Source: Acidimicrobiia bacterium
GTDB lineage: Bacteria > Actinomycetota > Acidimicrobiia > Spongiisociales > ZC4RG35
Assembly: GCA_036373995.1 (NCBI GenBank)
Contig: DASUUP010000373.1
Location: forward strand, 6,488 to 70,487
Direction of reading: 5' to 3'
Length of the DNA: 64,000 nt
Part shown: piece after piece, positions 46,659-56,761 of the stretch
Layout of the letters: each line of letters begins with the position of its first letter
Position numbering within the stretch: position 1 is the first letter of the stretch
Position numbers and translations under genes: made by a program
Notes under the pieces: generated by a model
The model's input: only the letters and a program-made list of their open reading frames with translations
What the model was told of the DNA's origin: nothing
Database searches by the model: none

Positions 46659-48428
46659 GTGAGATCGACCAATTCGATTCCTGCTCAGCTGCGCTTTCAT
46701 CGCTATGTAGCAGTCCTCCTGGCGACGACCGTGCCCATGGTGGCCTTGGTCGAGTTCGCCCGCGCGGTCGATGGCACCACCATGCCGTGGGCCCGCCTCG
46801 CCGGACCATTGGCGCTGACCGCCTGGGCGATCGTCGTGGCCCGCTCCGAGAACCCTGACTCGATCCCGCTCGTGCTGTCGGCTATGTGGTTCACGGGAAC
46901 GCTCGTGATGGTGGAGGCGCTCTTCGACGTGGACGTGACGTCTTTCGACTTCTCGACGGCGTTCGGTCTGATCATGCTTTTCGCTGTCCTGGCCGGGACA
47001 CTCTCGATGGGCAACCGCATCATCTGGGCCGGCGGGTTGGCGGGTGCGGTGGCTGCCTGGGTGGTGATCGTGGGACTGCTGATGGGCGACTCGGCGGATG
47101 CGATGGGCGTTCGTGCCGTGATCGCCATCGCCGGTGTCGTCTTCACCACGGCCCTCGTCGCCGAGTTGTACGACCAGCTGACCGCCTCGATCGCGGCGCA
47201 CAACCGGGCGGTCCGGCTGCAGGATGCGGTCGCCAAGTGCTCGGAGGCTCTGCTCGTCCATCCCGACTCATTCGCCCTGCACGAGGCGGTTCGGGCGGTC
47301 TTTGAGGCCACCGATGCCGACTACGCCTACGTGGACCGCACGATCGAAGTGGAAGGCGAGCCCGGTTGGGAGATCGTGGCCAGCGCCGTGCACCGGGTCG
47401 ACAGCGTCGGCGTCGACTGGCAGACGGGGAAGTACTCGGTCATTCCGACCACATATGAGGCCCTCATCGCGGGCGAGGCCTCGATCGTTCGTACCGCCGA
47501 TCTCACCGGTGCCGAGCGCAAGCTCTACGACCGCGACCGAATCCTCTCCGAGGTCTGCGTCCCCATCTTCGTGGGACGGAAGTTTCGGGGATCGATCGGA
47601 TTCGTCGAATACTCCGAGGACCGTCGGTGGTCCGACGCCGAGATCCAGACTCTCTGGCGAGCCGCCGACATGGTGGGCGCCTACTGGAAACGACACGACG
47701 ACGCCGAGGCCCTCAAGGCGTCCAATGAGTCGAAAGACAAGCTGCTGGCGTCAGTCTCCCACGAGATACGCACACCCTTGACGGCCATCGTCGGCCTGTC
47801 CGAGGAGATCGTCAACTACCGGGACGATATGAGCCCCGAAGAGCTCGTCGAGCTCAACCGGATCATCGCCGTGCAGAGTCGCGAGCTGGCGGAGCTGGTC
47901 GAAGACCTCCTAGTGGCTTCTCGGGCAGACTTCGGGAACCTGTCTATCCGGCCGGAAGTGATAGACCTGCGCGATCAAGTCGAGCGGGTGCTCGAAGGGC
48001 TCCGGGAGTCCACATCCACCGAGAAGACGGTCAACTTCTCCGGCGAGTCGATGACTGCCTGGGCGGATCCACTGCGGGTGCGACAGATCATGCGCAACCT
48101 CGTGACGAATGCCATCAAGTACGGGGGCGACCGCGTGGTTGTCGCCGTTCGGGAGCAATCCGATCAGGCCACAGTGGTGGTGGCCGACAACGGAGTCGGT
48201 GTCGAAGAGCGCGAGGCGAAGCTCATCTTCCAGCGCTACTACCGCAGCGCCCAGTCTCCGACTCAACCGGGCTCGGTCGGCATCGGCCTCGCGGTGTCGC
48301 GTCAGCTCGCCGAGATGATGGGCGGCACCCTCACCTACGTTCACGGTGGAGACGCACAGCACCGGTTCGAGTTGACCCTCCCCTTGGCTACGGACTCGGC
48401 TGAGAATCTCGTGCCAGAGCCGGCCTGA
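46659..48428 (+). CDS. sensor histidine kinase (multi-TM N-terminus, GAF-like domain, HisKA, HATPase_c)
   Basis: H-box SHEIRTPLTAIVG; N/G-box (NLVTNAIKYGGD; GSVGIGLAVS); start uncertain (GTG 46659 / ATG 46737); track ORF 46473 overlaps NUDIX gene. Confidence 0.75.
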   Translation: MRSTNSIPAQLRFHRYVAVLLATTVPMVALVEFARAVDGTTMPWARLAGPLALTAWAIVVARSENPDSIPLVLSAMWFTGTLVMVEALFDVDVTSFDFSTAFGLIMLFAVLAGTLSMGNRIIWAGGLAGAVAAWVVIVGLLMGDSADAMGVRAVIAIAGVVFTTALVAELYDQLTASIAAHNRAVRLQDAVAKCSEALLVHPDSFALHEAVRAVFEATDADYAYVDRTIEVEGEPGWEIVASAVHRVDSVGVDWQTGKYSVIPTTYEALIAGEASIVRTADLTGAERKLYDRDRILSEVCVPIFVGRKFRGSIGFVEYSEDRRWSDAEIQTLWRAADMVGAYWKRHDDAEALKASNESKDKLLASVSHEIRTPLTAIVGLSEEIVNYRDDMSPEELVELNRIIAVQSRELAELVEDLLVASRADFGNLSIRPEVIDLRDQVERVLEGLRESTSTEKTVNFSGESMTAWADPLRVRQIMRNLVTNAIKYGGDRVVVAVREQSDQATVVVADNGVGVEEREAKLIFQRYYRSAQSPTQPGSVGIGLAVSRQLAEMMGGTLTYVHGGDAQHRFELTLPLATDSAENLVPEPA

Positions 48429-48474
48429 ACTTCGACAGACCGACGGGTTAGCGTACAATTCGTGACCTGGGGAA

Positions 48475-49539
48475 ATGAGTGCTACACCTCTCAAACGCCG
48501 TATGTGGATTGGTGGTGCCGTTCTGGCGCTGCTCATAGTCGGCGCGGCTGCTTTGATCAGCTACAACACTTGGGGCGACGTCAATCGCGTTTCGATCGAT
48601 CGCCCCGCCTCCGACGACTCGGGCGGTCCGGTCGCACAACCCGATGAGTCGGACGAGGAACCAGGTGAAGACGACGACTTCGAGGTGGTCGACCCCGGGC
48701 GGCAGGTCTTTCTGCTCGTCGGCTCGGACTCACGAGAGGACCTTGCCGATACGGAAGGCTTCGGCGACTTCGAGGGCAACCGGGCTGACGTTGTGATGGT
48801 CTTGTTCAAGGAGCCCAATAAGACCGGACTGCTCTCGATTCCCCGTGACTTGTTGGCGGAGGACCCCTGTGGCGGCCCCGACGAACGTATAAGCGAGATG
48901 CTCGAAGGGTGCCCACCCTTCAACGGGCCGACATTGTTGACGTTGGCGGTGGAGAGGCTGATCGGCCAGCGCATCGATCACTTCGCCCTGGTCGATCTCG
49001 CCGGCTTTCAAGACGCCGTGGACGCGGTCGGGGGATACGAGGTCTGTGTCGAGAACCCGGTCAGGGATGCCCTCGCCAACCTCGAGTTGGATGCGGGCTG
49101 CACCATGGCCGACGGTGAGCAGGCCCTGGCGTGGATGCGTTCCCGGCGCACCCAAGAGTTGACCGAAGACGGTTGGCGGACCATGCCCGGGATGAACGAC
49201 CTCGCTCGTAACGAGCGCCAAAGGTCGTTTCTGATCGAGATGATGCACCGTATGGGTGACATCACCAGCCCGCAGGCCATGATGTCGGCAGCGGATGCTC
49301 TGGCCGAGTATGTGACGGTCGACTCCGAGCTCACGATGATCGACGCCGTCAACCTGGCTTTCACCATGCGCGGTCTCCAATCGGGCAACATCATCGAGAT
49401 CGAGATTCCCGTCGTCGATGCCACCGCGGAGGATGGAGCGGCGGTACTGCGCGCAGCTGAGCCGGTCGAGCAGATCGTGGCTGATTTCCTCGCCGGGGCC
49501 GATGCCGGTGCCGGGGTTCTCCTCGGCATCGTCGGCTGA
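48475..49539 (+). CDS. LCP (LytR-CpsA-Psr) family cell-envelope phosphotransferase
   Basis: N-terminal TM anchor; LCP core ..FLLVGSDSRED...RADVVMVL...LSIPRDL... Confidence 0.7.
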   Translation: MSATPLKRRMWIGGAVLALLIVGAAALISYNTWGDVNRVSIDRPASDDSGGPVAQPDESDEEPGEDDDFEVVDPGRQVFLLVGSDSREDLADTEGFGDFEGNRADVVMVLFKEPNKTGLLSIPRDLLAEDPCGGPDERISEMLEGCPPFNGPTLLTLAVERLIGQRIDHFALVDLAGFQDAVDAVGGYEVCVENPVRDALANLELDAGCTMADGEQALAWMRSRRTQELTEDGWRTMPGMNDLARNERQRSFLIEMMHRMGDITSPQAMMSAADALAEYVTVDSELTMIDAVNLAFTMRGLQSGNIIEIEIPVVDATAEDGAAVLRAAEPVEQIVADFLAGADAGAGVLLGIVG

Positions 49540-49568
49540 TCATCCGGTCCCGCCTCCCGCACCAAACC

Positions 49569-50552
49569 GTGCCCAACCTCCCGCCCGGCCAAATCGAAAC
49601 CAAGCGATTTCCGGTCGTTGGGGAACGGGAGCCATCATCCGACATAGCGGACTGGAGTCTCACGATCGAGGGTCTGGTCCCTGAGGACCGTGTGCTGGGC
49701 TGGGAGGAGTATCTCGCTCTCCAACATCGCAATCTCACCTTCGACGTCCACTGCGTCACCAGCTGGACCCGGTTCGACACGACCTTCACCGGTGTGCCTC
49801 TGGCCGAACTCGTCGATCCGCTGCCCGAATCCCGGTTCGTGTCCTTCACTGCGTACTCCGAACGCCGCCATCACACGTCGCTGCCCATCCACTACGCCCT
49901 GGAGCACTCCTGGGTGGTGCATCAAGTGGGGGGCGAGCCGCTGGCACGCGAGCACGGCGGGCCGGTCCGGGTGGTCACGCCCGGGAAGTACTTCTACAAG
50001 TCGATCAAGTGGCTGAAGACCATCACGCTCCTCGGCGAGGATCGTCTGGGATGGTGGGAGACCAACTCGTCATATCACAACAACGCAGATCCCATGGCCG
50101 GGGACCAACGGTTCACCACCGGCTCACTGCGTCCCGAGCAGCTCGAGCGGTTCCTCGAAGCTTCTGGATACGACAAGTATCGGGGTCGGGTGATGATCGG
50201 TCTCGATCTCACACGGTGGCGCCCGGCGTCGCTCGATCTGAGACGCCTCTACCTGAAGAATTGCGACCTCGCTGGCATCGACCTGTCGCGTGCGGACCTG
50301 AGGGAGTCGAATCTGAGTCTGAGCAACCTCCGCGGCGCCGGCTTGGCCGGCGTCGACCTGTCCGGGTCCGACCTGGAGGGGGTGGATTTCTCCGACGCCG
50401 ATCTGAGAGACGCCGATCTGTCCGGTTCGGCGCTATCGGCGGCGCGCTTCGATGGGGCCAAGGTCGACGGAGCTCGATTCGAACATGTGTGGGGCCTGGT
50501 CGAATCCTCGGCTCTTTACCTTCAGTCACAGGGTGTTAGCCTTGACCTGTGA
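49569..50552 (+). CDS. sulfite-oxidase-family molybdopterin oxidoreductase (MsrP/YedY-like Moco domain) fused to C-terminal pentapeptide-repeat domain
   Basis: N-terminal ~200 aa: ..FDVHCVTSWTRFD..(Mo-ligand Cys context), ..VVTPGKYFYKSIKWLKTITL; C-terminal ~110 aa tandem A(D/N)LxxA/S pentapeptides (ADLRESNLSLSNLRGAGLAGVDLSGSDLEGVDFSDADLRDADLSGS). Confidence 0.65.
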   Translation: MPNLPPGQIETKRFPVVGEREPSSDIADWSLTIEGLVPEDRVLGWEEYLALQHRNLTFDVHCVTSWTRFDTTFTGVPLAELVDPLPESRFVSFTAYSERRHHTSLPIHYALEHSWVVHQVGGEPLAREHGGPVRVVTPGKYFYKSIKWLKTITLLGEDRLGWWETNSSYHNNADPMAGDQRFTTGSLRPEQLERFLEASGYDKYRGRVMIGLDLTRWRPASLDLRRLYLKNCDLAGIDLSRADLRESNLSLSNLRGAGLAGVDLSGSDLEGVDFSDADLRDADLSGSALSAARFDGAKVDGARFEHVWGLVESSALYLQSQGVSLDL

Positions 50553-50617
50553 TGAGAAACCTGAATGGCACCCGGTGGTCACCCGCCTAGCGGACGACTT
50601 ACACCTGCCATGATGTC

Positions 50618-50646
50618 GCCGCCGGCCCGCCGGCGGCTTTTTCTTT
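50618..50646 (+). terminator. intrinsic (Rho-independent) terminator
   Basis: GCCGCCGGC-cc-GCCGGCGGC stem followed by TTTTTCTTT, 66 nt after stop of 49569..50552 and upstream of trpS. Confidence 0.7.
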
Positions 50647-50660
50647 GAAGAGGAACGGAA

Positions 50661-51641
50661 ATGACTGATCGAAAACGTGTCTTCTCCGGGATGCAGCCAA
50701 CCGGGGACATCCACATCGGGAATCTGATGGGTGCCCTGAGCAACTGGGTCTCGATGCAGGACGACTACGACACGATCTACAACGTCGTCGATCTCCATGC
50801 GATGACCACCCCGTACGATCCAAGCGTCTTGCGCAAGGATCGGATCGGCCTGGCGAAGATGATCCTCGCCGTGGGAGTCGACCCGAAGCGTTCGCTGGTC
50901 TACTACCAGTCGGACTTGCCCCAACACGTCGAGCTGACGTGGATCCTCTCCACCATGACCGGTCTGGGCCAGCTGGAGCGGATGACCCAGTACAAGGAGA
51001 AAGCCGACAAAGCGGGTCAGAATCTGGGGTTGTTCTCCTACCCCGTGCTCATGGCGGCGGACATCATGATTCATCGCGTTCACGCTGTGCCGGTGGGCGA
51101 CGACCAGACGCAGCATCTGGAGCTCACGCGCGACCTGGCGGAGAGGTTCAACGGCAGATTCGGTGAGGTCTTTCCGGTCCCGGAGCGGATAACGCCCGAG
51201 ATCGGTGCCCGGGTCATGTCGCTACAGGATCCGATGGCGAAGATGTCGAAGTCCGACCCCAGCCCAAAGTCGCGGATACTCCTCACCGACTCCACAGATG
51301 CGATCGTGACCAAGATCAAGTCCGCCGTCACCGACACCGGCACCGAGGTCGGTTTCGACTGGAAGAACAAACCGGGGATATCCAACCTGCTCGAGATGTT
51401 CTCCTACTTCAGTGGCCGTTCCATCGCAGACTTGGTCGATGAGTATGGCGACGGCGGTTATGGCCGGTTCAAGATCGCGGTGGCAGAGGCGGTGGCCAAG
51501 GGGATCGAGCCAATTCGCACCGCATACGAGGGGATGTCCGACGAGGAGGTCTCCCGGGTGATGGCCGACAGTGCCGAGCGAGCCGCCGTGTCCGCCGATG
51601 CCACCATGGCAGTCGTCAAGCAGGCAGTGGGCCTGGGCTGA
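50661..51641 (+). CDS. trpS: tryptophan--tRNA ligase
   Basis: 326 aa; class I motifs (GMQPTGDIHIGNLMGAL = HIGH-like; KMSKSDP = KMSKS). Confidence 0.9.
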   Translation: MTDRKRVFSGMQPTGDIHIGNLMGALSNWVSMQDDYDTIYNVVDLHAMTTPYDPSVLRKDRIGLAKMILAVGVDPKRSLVYYQSDLPQHVELTWILSTMTGLGQLERMTQYKEKADKAGQNLGLFSYPVLMAADIMIHRVHAVPVGDDQTQHLELTRDLAERFNGRFGEVFPVPERITPEIGARVMSLQDPMAKMSKSDPSPKSRILLTDSTDAIVTKIKSAVTDTGTEVGFDWKNKPGISNLLEMFSYFSGRSIADLVDEYGDGGYGRFKIAVAEAVAKGIEPIRTAYEGMSDEEVSRVMADSAERAAVSADATMAVVKQAVGLG

Positions 51642-51642
51642 C

Positions 51643-51700
51643 TCTTCGTGCCCGCGGGCACCACGTTGCGCTCAGCGCTACGCGGTGCCTGCGGGCAGGA
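51643..51700. repeat. REP-like palindromic element copy D
   Basis: CTCTTCGTGCCCGCGGGCACCACGTTGCGCTCAGCGCTACGCGGTGCCTGCGGGCAGGA; between convergent trpS and CPBP gene. Confidence 0.6.
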
Positions 51701-51710
51701 TGAAGGGGCC

Positions 51711-52451
51711 TCAGCTCACCTGCTCGATCAGCTCGGGTGGCAACAGGAGGACGAATGAGGCGAGCAGGTTCCAACCCGAGTGGAGGAAGATGGCGGGGCC
51801 GAGACGCCCTTTTCGTAGGGTCAACCAAGCCAGGAGCATCCCCAGGATCAGGAAAGGCGGGATGAGGAGCAGCGCCGACCTCCAAGGGTCGCTCAAGTCG
51901 ATGCCAGGGAGATGTATGGCGGCGAAAACAGTCGAGCTGACGATGATCGCGAACCACTTGCCCCGGGGTTCCAGCGCCCTCAGCAAGACCCCTCTATAGG
52001 TCAACTCTTCGACGGCGGGGCCCACCACGACGTAGGCGAACACGAGCACGATCTGCACAAGGGTCGTTTCCGCGTTGGCCAGGCTCTCGGCGACTTCTTG
52101 TTGGGGGCGGCCTTCGGGAAACAGCAGTTCGGAAATGGGAAGGAAGAGGAGGGCGTTCGCCATCTGAAGCACCAGCCCGAGGGCGAGGAAGGCAAAATCG
52201 CCACCTCGAATGACGAACCCGATCTCATTCGAGTCCTTGTTTCGAGCCAGGAGCCAGAAAACGCCGAGTGCTGCCACGTGCTGCCCGACGATCGAGGCCA
52301 GGAACGTGCCTTCTGCGTCGCCGCCACCAATCACCATTGACACGGCGACCAGGGCGCCCAGTTGGCCGCCCAACCACATGAGGACGAAATCGGAAACAGA
52401 CCAGGACCTGGGCAACGCACCTGGGAGCCTACAACCGGCCCGATCCAACAT
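51711..52451 (-). CDS. CPBP family intramembrane glutamic endopeptidase (CAAX protease/Abi-like)
   Basis: 246 aa polytopic; motif 1 EELTYRGVLL and motif 2 FAAIH. Confidence 0.7.
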   Translation of the reverse strand: MLDRAGCRLPGALPRSWSVSDFVLMWLGGQLGALVAVSMVIGGGDAEGTFLASIVGQHVAALGVFWLLARNKDSNEIGFVIRGGDFAFLALGLVLQMANALLFLPISELLFPEGRPQQEVAESLANAETTLVQIVLVFAYVVVGPAVEELTYRGVLLRALEPRGKWFAIIVSSTVFAAIHLPGIDLSDPWRSALLLIPPFLILGMLLAWLTLRKGRLGPAIFLHSGWNLLASFVLLLPPELIEQVS

Positions 52452-52565
52452 TCGGACGAGGTCCGGGCCGGCCTGGAGCTCCGGAGGAACTCCTCACTCC
52501 TCGAACGAGGTTCGACGGCGGGCACTGTTACTCTGCGACCGAAGCGCTGGAAGAGGATCTGCTCA

Positions 52566-53723
52566 ATGGAAATCGACATCGGCATCGGCAAATCGGGTCG
52601 CCAGGCCTTCGGCTTCGACGACATCGCAATCGTCCCTTCGAGACGAACCCGCGACCCAGACGACGTCGACATCTCCTGGCAGCTCGACGCCTACAAGTTC
52701 GACCTCCCCATGATGGGCTCCGCCATGGACTCGGCGATCAGCCCGGAGACCGCGGTCGCCATCGGCAAGATGGGTGGCCTCGCAGTGCTCAACCTCGAAG
52801 GGCTCTGGACCAGATACGAGGATCCGACGCCCTACTTCGAAGAGATAGCGGAGCTCCCGGATGAGAAGGCCACCCGTCGGATGCAGGAGATATACCTGGA
52901 GCCGGTCAAGCCGGACCTGATCGGCCAGCGCGTCCGGGAGGTCAAGTCAGAAGGTGTCGTCGCCGCCGCCAGCCTCACACCACAGCGGGTCCGACAGTGG
53001 GCGCCGGTGGCCCTCGATGGCGGTCTCGACATCCTGGTGATCCAGGGCACCGTCGTGTCCGCCGAGCACGTCTCCAGCCGGGAGGAGCCGCTCAACCTCA
53101 AGGAGTACATCGCCGATTGTGCTGTCCCTGTGATCGTCGGTGGATGCGCCAGCTACTCGACAGCCCTCCACCTGATGCGGACCGGTGCCATCGGGGTGCT
53201 CGTCGGTGTCGGCCCGGGCGCCGCATGCACGACGCGCGGCGTACTCGGTGTGGGCGTGCCCCAGGCAACGGCGATTGCCGACGCCGCGGGGGCGCGGATC
53301 CGATACCTCGACGAGACCGGCCGTTACGTCCACGTCATCGCCGACGGCGGGATGCGGACGGGTGGTGACGTCTCCAAGGCCATCGCCTGCGGCGCGGACG
53401 CCGTCATGATCGGATCCCCTCTCGCTTCCGCCACGGAGGCGCCAGGCAAGGGGTACCACTGGGGCATGGCCACATTCCATCCGACCCTGCCCAGAGGTGC
53501 CCGGGTGAACGTCGGCGATCGGGGGACTCTCCAGGAGATCCTGGTCGGCCCGGCCCACGAGAACGACGGAAAACGCAACCTCTTCGGCGGGCTTCGGATG
53601 TCGATGGCCACCACCGGCTACTCCGACGTGAAGGAATTCCAGAAGGCCGAGGTCATGATCGCTCCGTCGCTGCAGACCGAAGGCAAGTCTCTTCAGCGGT
53701 CGCAACACGTCGGCATGGGATGA
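52566..53723 (+). CDS. IMP dehydrogenase-related protein lacking CBS subdomain (GuaB3-type)
   Basis: Start set at ATG 52566 ([21 protein letters not shown]); catalytic-loop-like [20 protein letters not shown]; no CBS pair insertion; immediately upstream of guaA. Confidence 0.7.
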   Translation: MEIDIGIGKSGRQAFGFDDIAIVPSRRTRDPDDVDISWQLDAYKFDLPMMGSAMDSAISPETAVAIGKMGGLAVLNLEGLWTRYEDPTPYFEEIAELPDEKATRRMQEIYLEPVKPDLIGQRVREVKSEGVVAAASLTPQRVRQWAPVALDGGLDILVIQGTVVSAEHVSSREEPLNLKEYIADCAVPVIVGGCASYSTALHLMRTGAIGVLVGVGPGAACTTRGVLGVGVPQATAIADAAGARIRYLDETGRYVHVIADGGMRTGGDVSKAIACGADAVMIGSPLASATEAPGKGYHWGMATFHPTLPRGARVNVGDRGTLQEILVGPAHENDGKRNLFGGLRMSMATTGYSDVKEFQKAEVMIAPSLQTEGKSLQRSQHVGMG

Positions 53724-55273
53724 TTCGCGAGGGGGCTGCTTCGACCGACGACACTGTTCTCGTCCTCGACTTTGGCGCTCAGTATGCCCAGCTCATCGCA
53801 CGACGTGTCCGTGAGGCCCATGTCCGCTCGGAGATCGTGTCCCGCGACATCACTGCCGCCGAGGTCAAGCAGCGCAGGCCCCTCGGGTTGATCCTCTCGG
53901 GTGGTCCTGCGTCGGTGTATGCCGAGGACGCCTATCGGATGGACCCCGGGATCGTGGATCTTGGCCTGCCTGTCCTCGGTATCTGTTACGGGCACCAACT
54001 GTTGGCGATGCTCACCGACGGCGAGGTGGCCAACACCGGCAGCGCCGAGTTCGGGAAGACGTCTCTCGAGGTCACCGGTCACTCCCTGTTGTTGGACGGC
54101 CTCCCTGCCACACAGCAGGTGTGGATGTCGCACAACGACGAGGTCACCGGTGTGCCCCCAGGCTTCGTCTGTGTGGCCAGCACCGATGGGGCTCAGGTGG
54201 CCGCGATGGAGGACCGGGAACGTCGTCTCTACGGGGTCCAGTTCCATCCCGAAGTGGTGCATACCCCCCGGGGGACCGAGATCCTGAAGCGCTTCCTCTA
54301 CGACGTTTGTGATGCCAGCCCATCCTGGACCTCGCATTCGATCATCGAGTCCCAGGTGGAGGCGATCCGTGAGAAGGTCGGTGATTCCCGGGTCATCTGC
54401 GGCCTGTCGGGCGGAGTCGACTCCTCGGTTGCCGCCGCAATCGTGTCCGAGGCCATCGGCGACCAGCTGACCTGCATTTTCGTCGATCACGGGCTATTGA
54501 GAGCCGGCGAGGCGGAACAGGTCGAGGAGACGTTCCGGTCCCACTTCGACGTGGATCTGGTCCATGTCAAGGCAGCCGACCGATTCCTGGAGCAGCTCGA
54601 AGGGGTGACCGACCCCGAGACCAAGCGCAAGGTGATCGGAGAGGCTTTCATCCGGGTCTTCGAGGAGGCGGCGGCCTCGGTCGGGGAAGCCGGATTCCTG
54701 GTGCAGGGAACGCTCTACCCGGATGTCATCGAGTCGGGCTCCGGCTCGGCAGCGACCATCAAGACCCATCACAACGTGGGCGGTCTTCCCGAGGACATGA
54801 AGCTCGAGCTCATCGAGCCGCTTCGCGACCTATTCAAAGATGAGGTCAGAGCGGTAGGCGAGGAGCTGGGGCTCCCCGAGGAGATCGTGTGGCGTCAGCC
54901 CTTCCCGGGACCCGGGCTTGCGGTGCGCATCATTGGCGAGGTGACACGGGAGCGACTGGAGCTGCTCCGTTCCGCCGACAACATCATCCTCGAGGAGATC
55001 AGACGCGCCGGTCTCTATCGTGAGATATGGCAGGCCTTCGGCGTCCTCCCCGCCGTCAAGACCGTCGGCGTGCAGGGAGACGGCCGGACCTACGCCTACC
55101 CATTGGTGGTGCGGGCCGTCACATCTGAGGACGCCATGACGGCGGATTGGGCTCGCATTCCCTACGAGGTCTTGGAGAGGATCTCTTCGCGGATCATCAA
55201 CGAGGTGCCGGGGATCAACCGTGTCGCCTACGACATATCCTCGAAACCACCTGCGACCATTGAATGGGAGTAG
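53720..55273 (+). CDS. guaA: GMP synthase (glutamine-hydrolysing)
   Basis: 517 aa; GATase domain (…[11 protein letters not shown]…), ATP-PPase P-loop [10 protein letters not shown], conserved C-terminus …[12 protein letters not shown]; ATGA overlap with upstream gene. Confidence 0.9.
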   Translation: MIREGAASTDDTVLVLDFGAQYAQLIARRVREAHVRSEIVSRDITAAEVKQRRPLGLILSGGPASVYAEDAYRMDPGIVDLGLPVLGICYGHQLLAMLTDGEVANTGSAEFGKTSLEVTGHSLLLDGLPATQQVWMSHNDEVTGVPPGFVCVASTDGAQVAAMEDRERRLYGVQFHPEVVHTPRGTEILKRFLYDVCDASPSWTSHSIIESQVEAIREKVGDSRVICGLSGGVDSSVAAAIVSEAIGDQLTCIFVDHGLLRAGEAEQVEETFRSHFDVDLVHVKAADRFLEQLEGVTDPETKRKVIGEAFIRVFEEAAASVGEAGFLVQGTLYPDVIESGSGSAATIKTHHNVGGLPEDMKLELIEPLRDLFKDEVRAVGEELGLPEEIVWRQPFPGPGLAVRIIGEVTRERLELLRSADNIILEEIRRAGLYREIWQAFGVLPAVKTVGVQGDGRTYAYPLVVRAVTSEDAMTADWARIPYEVLERISSRIINEVPGINRVAYDISSKPPATIEWE

Positions 55274-55288
55274 GGGGAGCAATCACCT

Positions 55289-55339
55289 CCAACCCTGGGT
55301 TCACAGCGTCGCTGAGCGACGCTCACAACCCTGGGTTCG
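55289..55339. repeat. direct repeats CCAACCCTGGGTTC flanking a perfect 8-bp hairpin (AGCGTCGC-TGA-GCGACGCT); third CAACCCTGGG copy at ~55424
   Basis: Seen directly in guaA-downstream convergent intergenic region. Confidence 0.5.
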
Positions 55340-55484
55340 TATTTGAAAGACGTCGCCACGAGCCGGTGCGACCCGCCGCCATCAACTGTGTCCGCCCGCC
55401 AGGTCACTCATCGTCCCGAGGAGCACCAACCCTGGGAGGCGCCGACCATCGCCCTCAGCCCCCCACCGATGATCAGATAGGGAG

Positions 55485-56684
55485 TCACGTCGAGACGGAT
55501 ACCTGGTCGGGCACCGAGGCTTCGGCCGCGGTGAGATAGGTCCATATCCCGTAGAGGAGGGCCAATCCGAGAATCGGCGTGAACACTCTCTTCAGGGCGG
55601 CGCTCTCTGCCACGAGCCCCACTGCGAAGCCGGCCACCCCGACGTTCACACCCCAGAAGATGATTCGGTTGACCCGATCGGGCACATCGGATACAGCGAT
55701 CATCATGGCGAAGATCAGGTTGGTCACCACCATGATGAAGTTGATGTGGTCGAAGGCGAGACCGACGGGGAAGAGCTCCTCGAACTCCACCCCGGTGGAG
55801 AGTTGGCTTATCAGATAGATGACCAGACCGACTGACACGATCATGCCAACCACTGCAGTCCGCACGTATTGATTCACCGGTGGCCCTGTCCACCGTGAAG
55901 GGGCGAGGTCACGTCTGAACCTGCCTATCAGGATCAAGGCTCCCACGAGCTGCAGCGCCCCGGCTGCCTGAAGCAGGGGCTCCACGTCGAAGAACGACCC
56001 GGCCACGAAAAGGAGCCCCGCCACGAACAACAGCAGCATTTGCGCCGCTCCCGTCTTGGATTCCCGCACGGCCGGGACACGACGTCCTGGCATCAGCCAC
56101 TCGATCAGCGCCAGGCCGGCGAGGATCACGAAACCGGCCACCATGGCACCTGGATGTGACTCGTACAGCTGGTCGGCGTTGGAGGGGTCGACGATCTCGA
56201 CGTCGGCGAGTTGGAGGCCGAGGAGCACGCCGAGGACCGCTCCGAGGACCATGAATCCCAAGGCCAGGGCCATGCCCAGCTCGGCGACGTCCCAGCTCTC
56301 GCCCCGTTTCTTGCCGACGACCCAAATGAACATCCACACCATGGCGACGAACGCCAACGTTCCACCGATGGGCCGCTGGATGCTGGTCGGGGTGGTCAGG
56401 TCGACCGACCAGAAAGCCAGCACATATAGGGCGAGGGCCACGATCGAGAAGTTGGCGAGTCGGGCCGACGACGTGTCGTCAGGAGACCCGTACATCCAGA
56501 TCGCCCCACCGAACACGGCGAGCGTTATCCAGCCCAGCGTCCCGGCATGGACATGGGTGAGCAGTGTGTTGCGCGGCGGCTCCCAGACGTCGATCCCGTT
56601 GAGGATGCCGATTACCACCGTGATCACGAAAAGCACGAGTGCGGTGCGGAACAGGTTCCGCACACCTGGTGGAGCCACTCCCAT
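55485..56684 (-). CDS. hypothetical polytopic membrane protein (~12 TM), last gene of two-component operon
   Basis: 399 aa, highly hydrophobic with regular TM segments; no family recognisable by eye. Confidence 0.5.
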   Translation of the reverse strand: MGVAPPGVRNLFRTALVLFVITVVIGILNGIDVWEPPRNTLLTHVHAGTLGWITLAVFGGAIWMYGSPDDTSSARLANFSIVALALYVLAFWSVDLTTPTSIQRPIGGTLAFVAMVWMFIWVVGKKRGESWDVAELGMALALGFMVLGAVLGVLLGLQLADVEIVDPSNADQLYESHPGAMVAGFVILAGLALIEWLMPGRRVPAVRESKTGAAQMLLLFVAGLLFVAGSFFDVEPLLQAAGALQLVGALILIGRFRRDLAPSRWTGPPVNQYVRTAVVGMIVSVGLVIYLISQLSTGVEFEELFPVGLAFDHINFIMVVTNLIFAMMIAVSDVPDRVNRIIFWGVNVGVAGFAVGLVAESAALKRVFTPILGLALLYGIWTYLTAAEASVPDQVSVST

Positions 56685-56761
56685 GTCTCTTCTCCCTCGA
56701 TGAGCTGTCGTCGAACCTACGGGAGGGCCCAGGGGATAGGGAATCTGGCTACCCGTAGACT

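Noticed and set aside
13186-51700. GCCCGCGGGC-containing repeats as a CRISPR array
   Set aside because: Copies are tens of kb apart, palindromic, with no regular repeat-spacer periodicity and no cas genes
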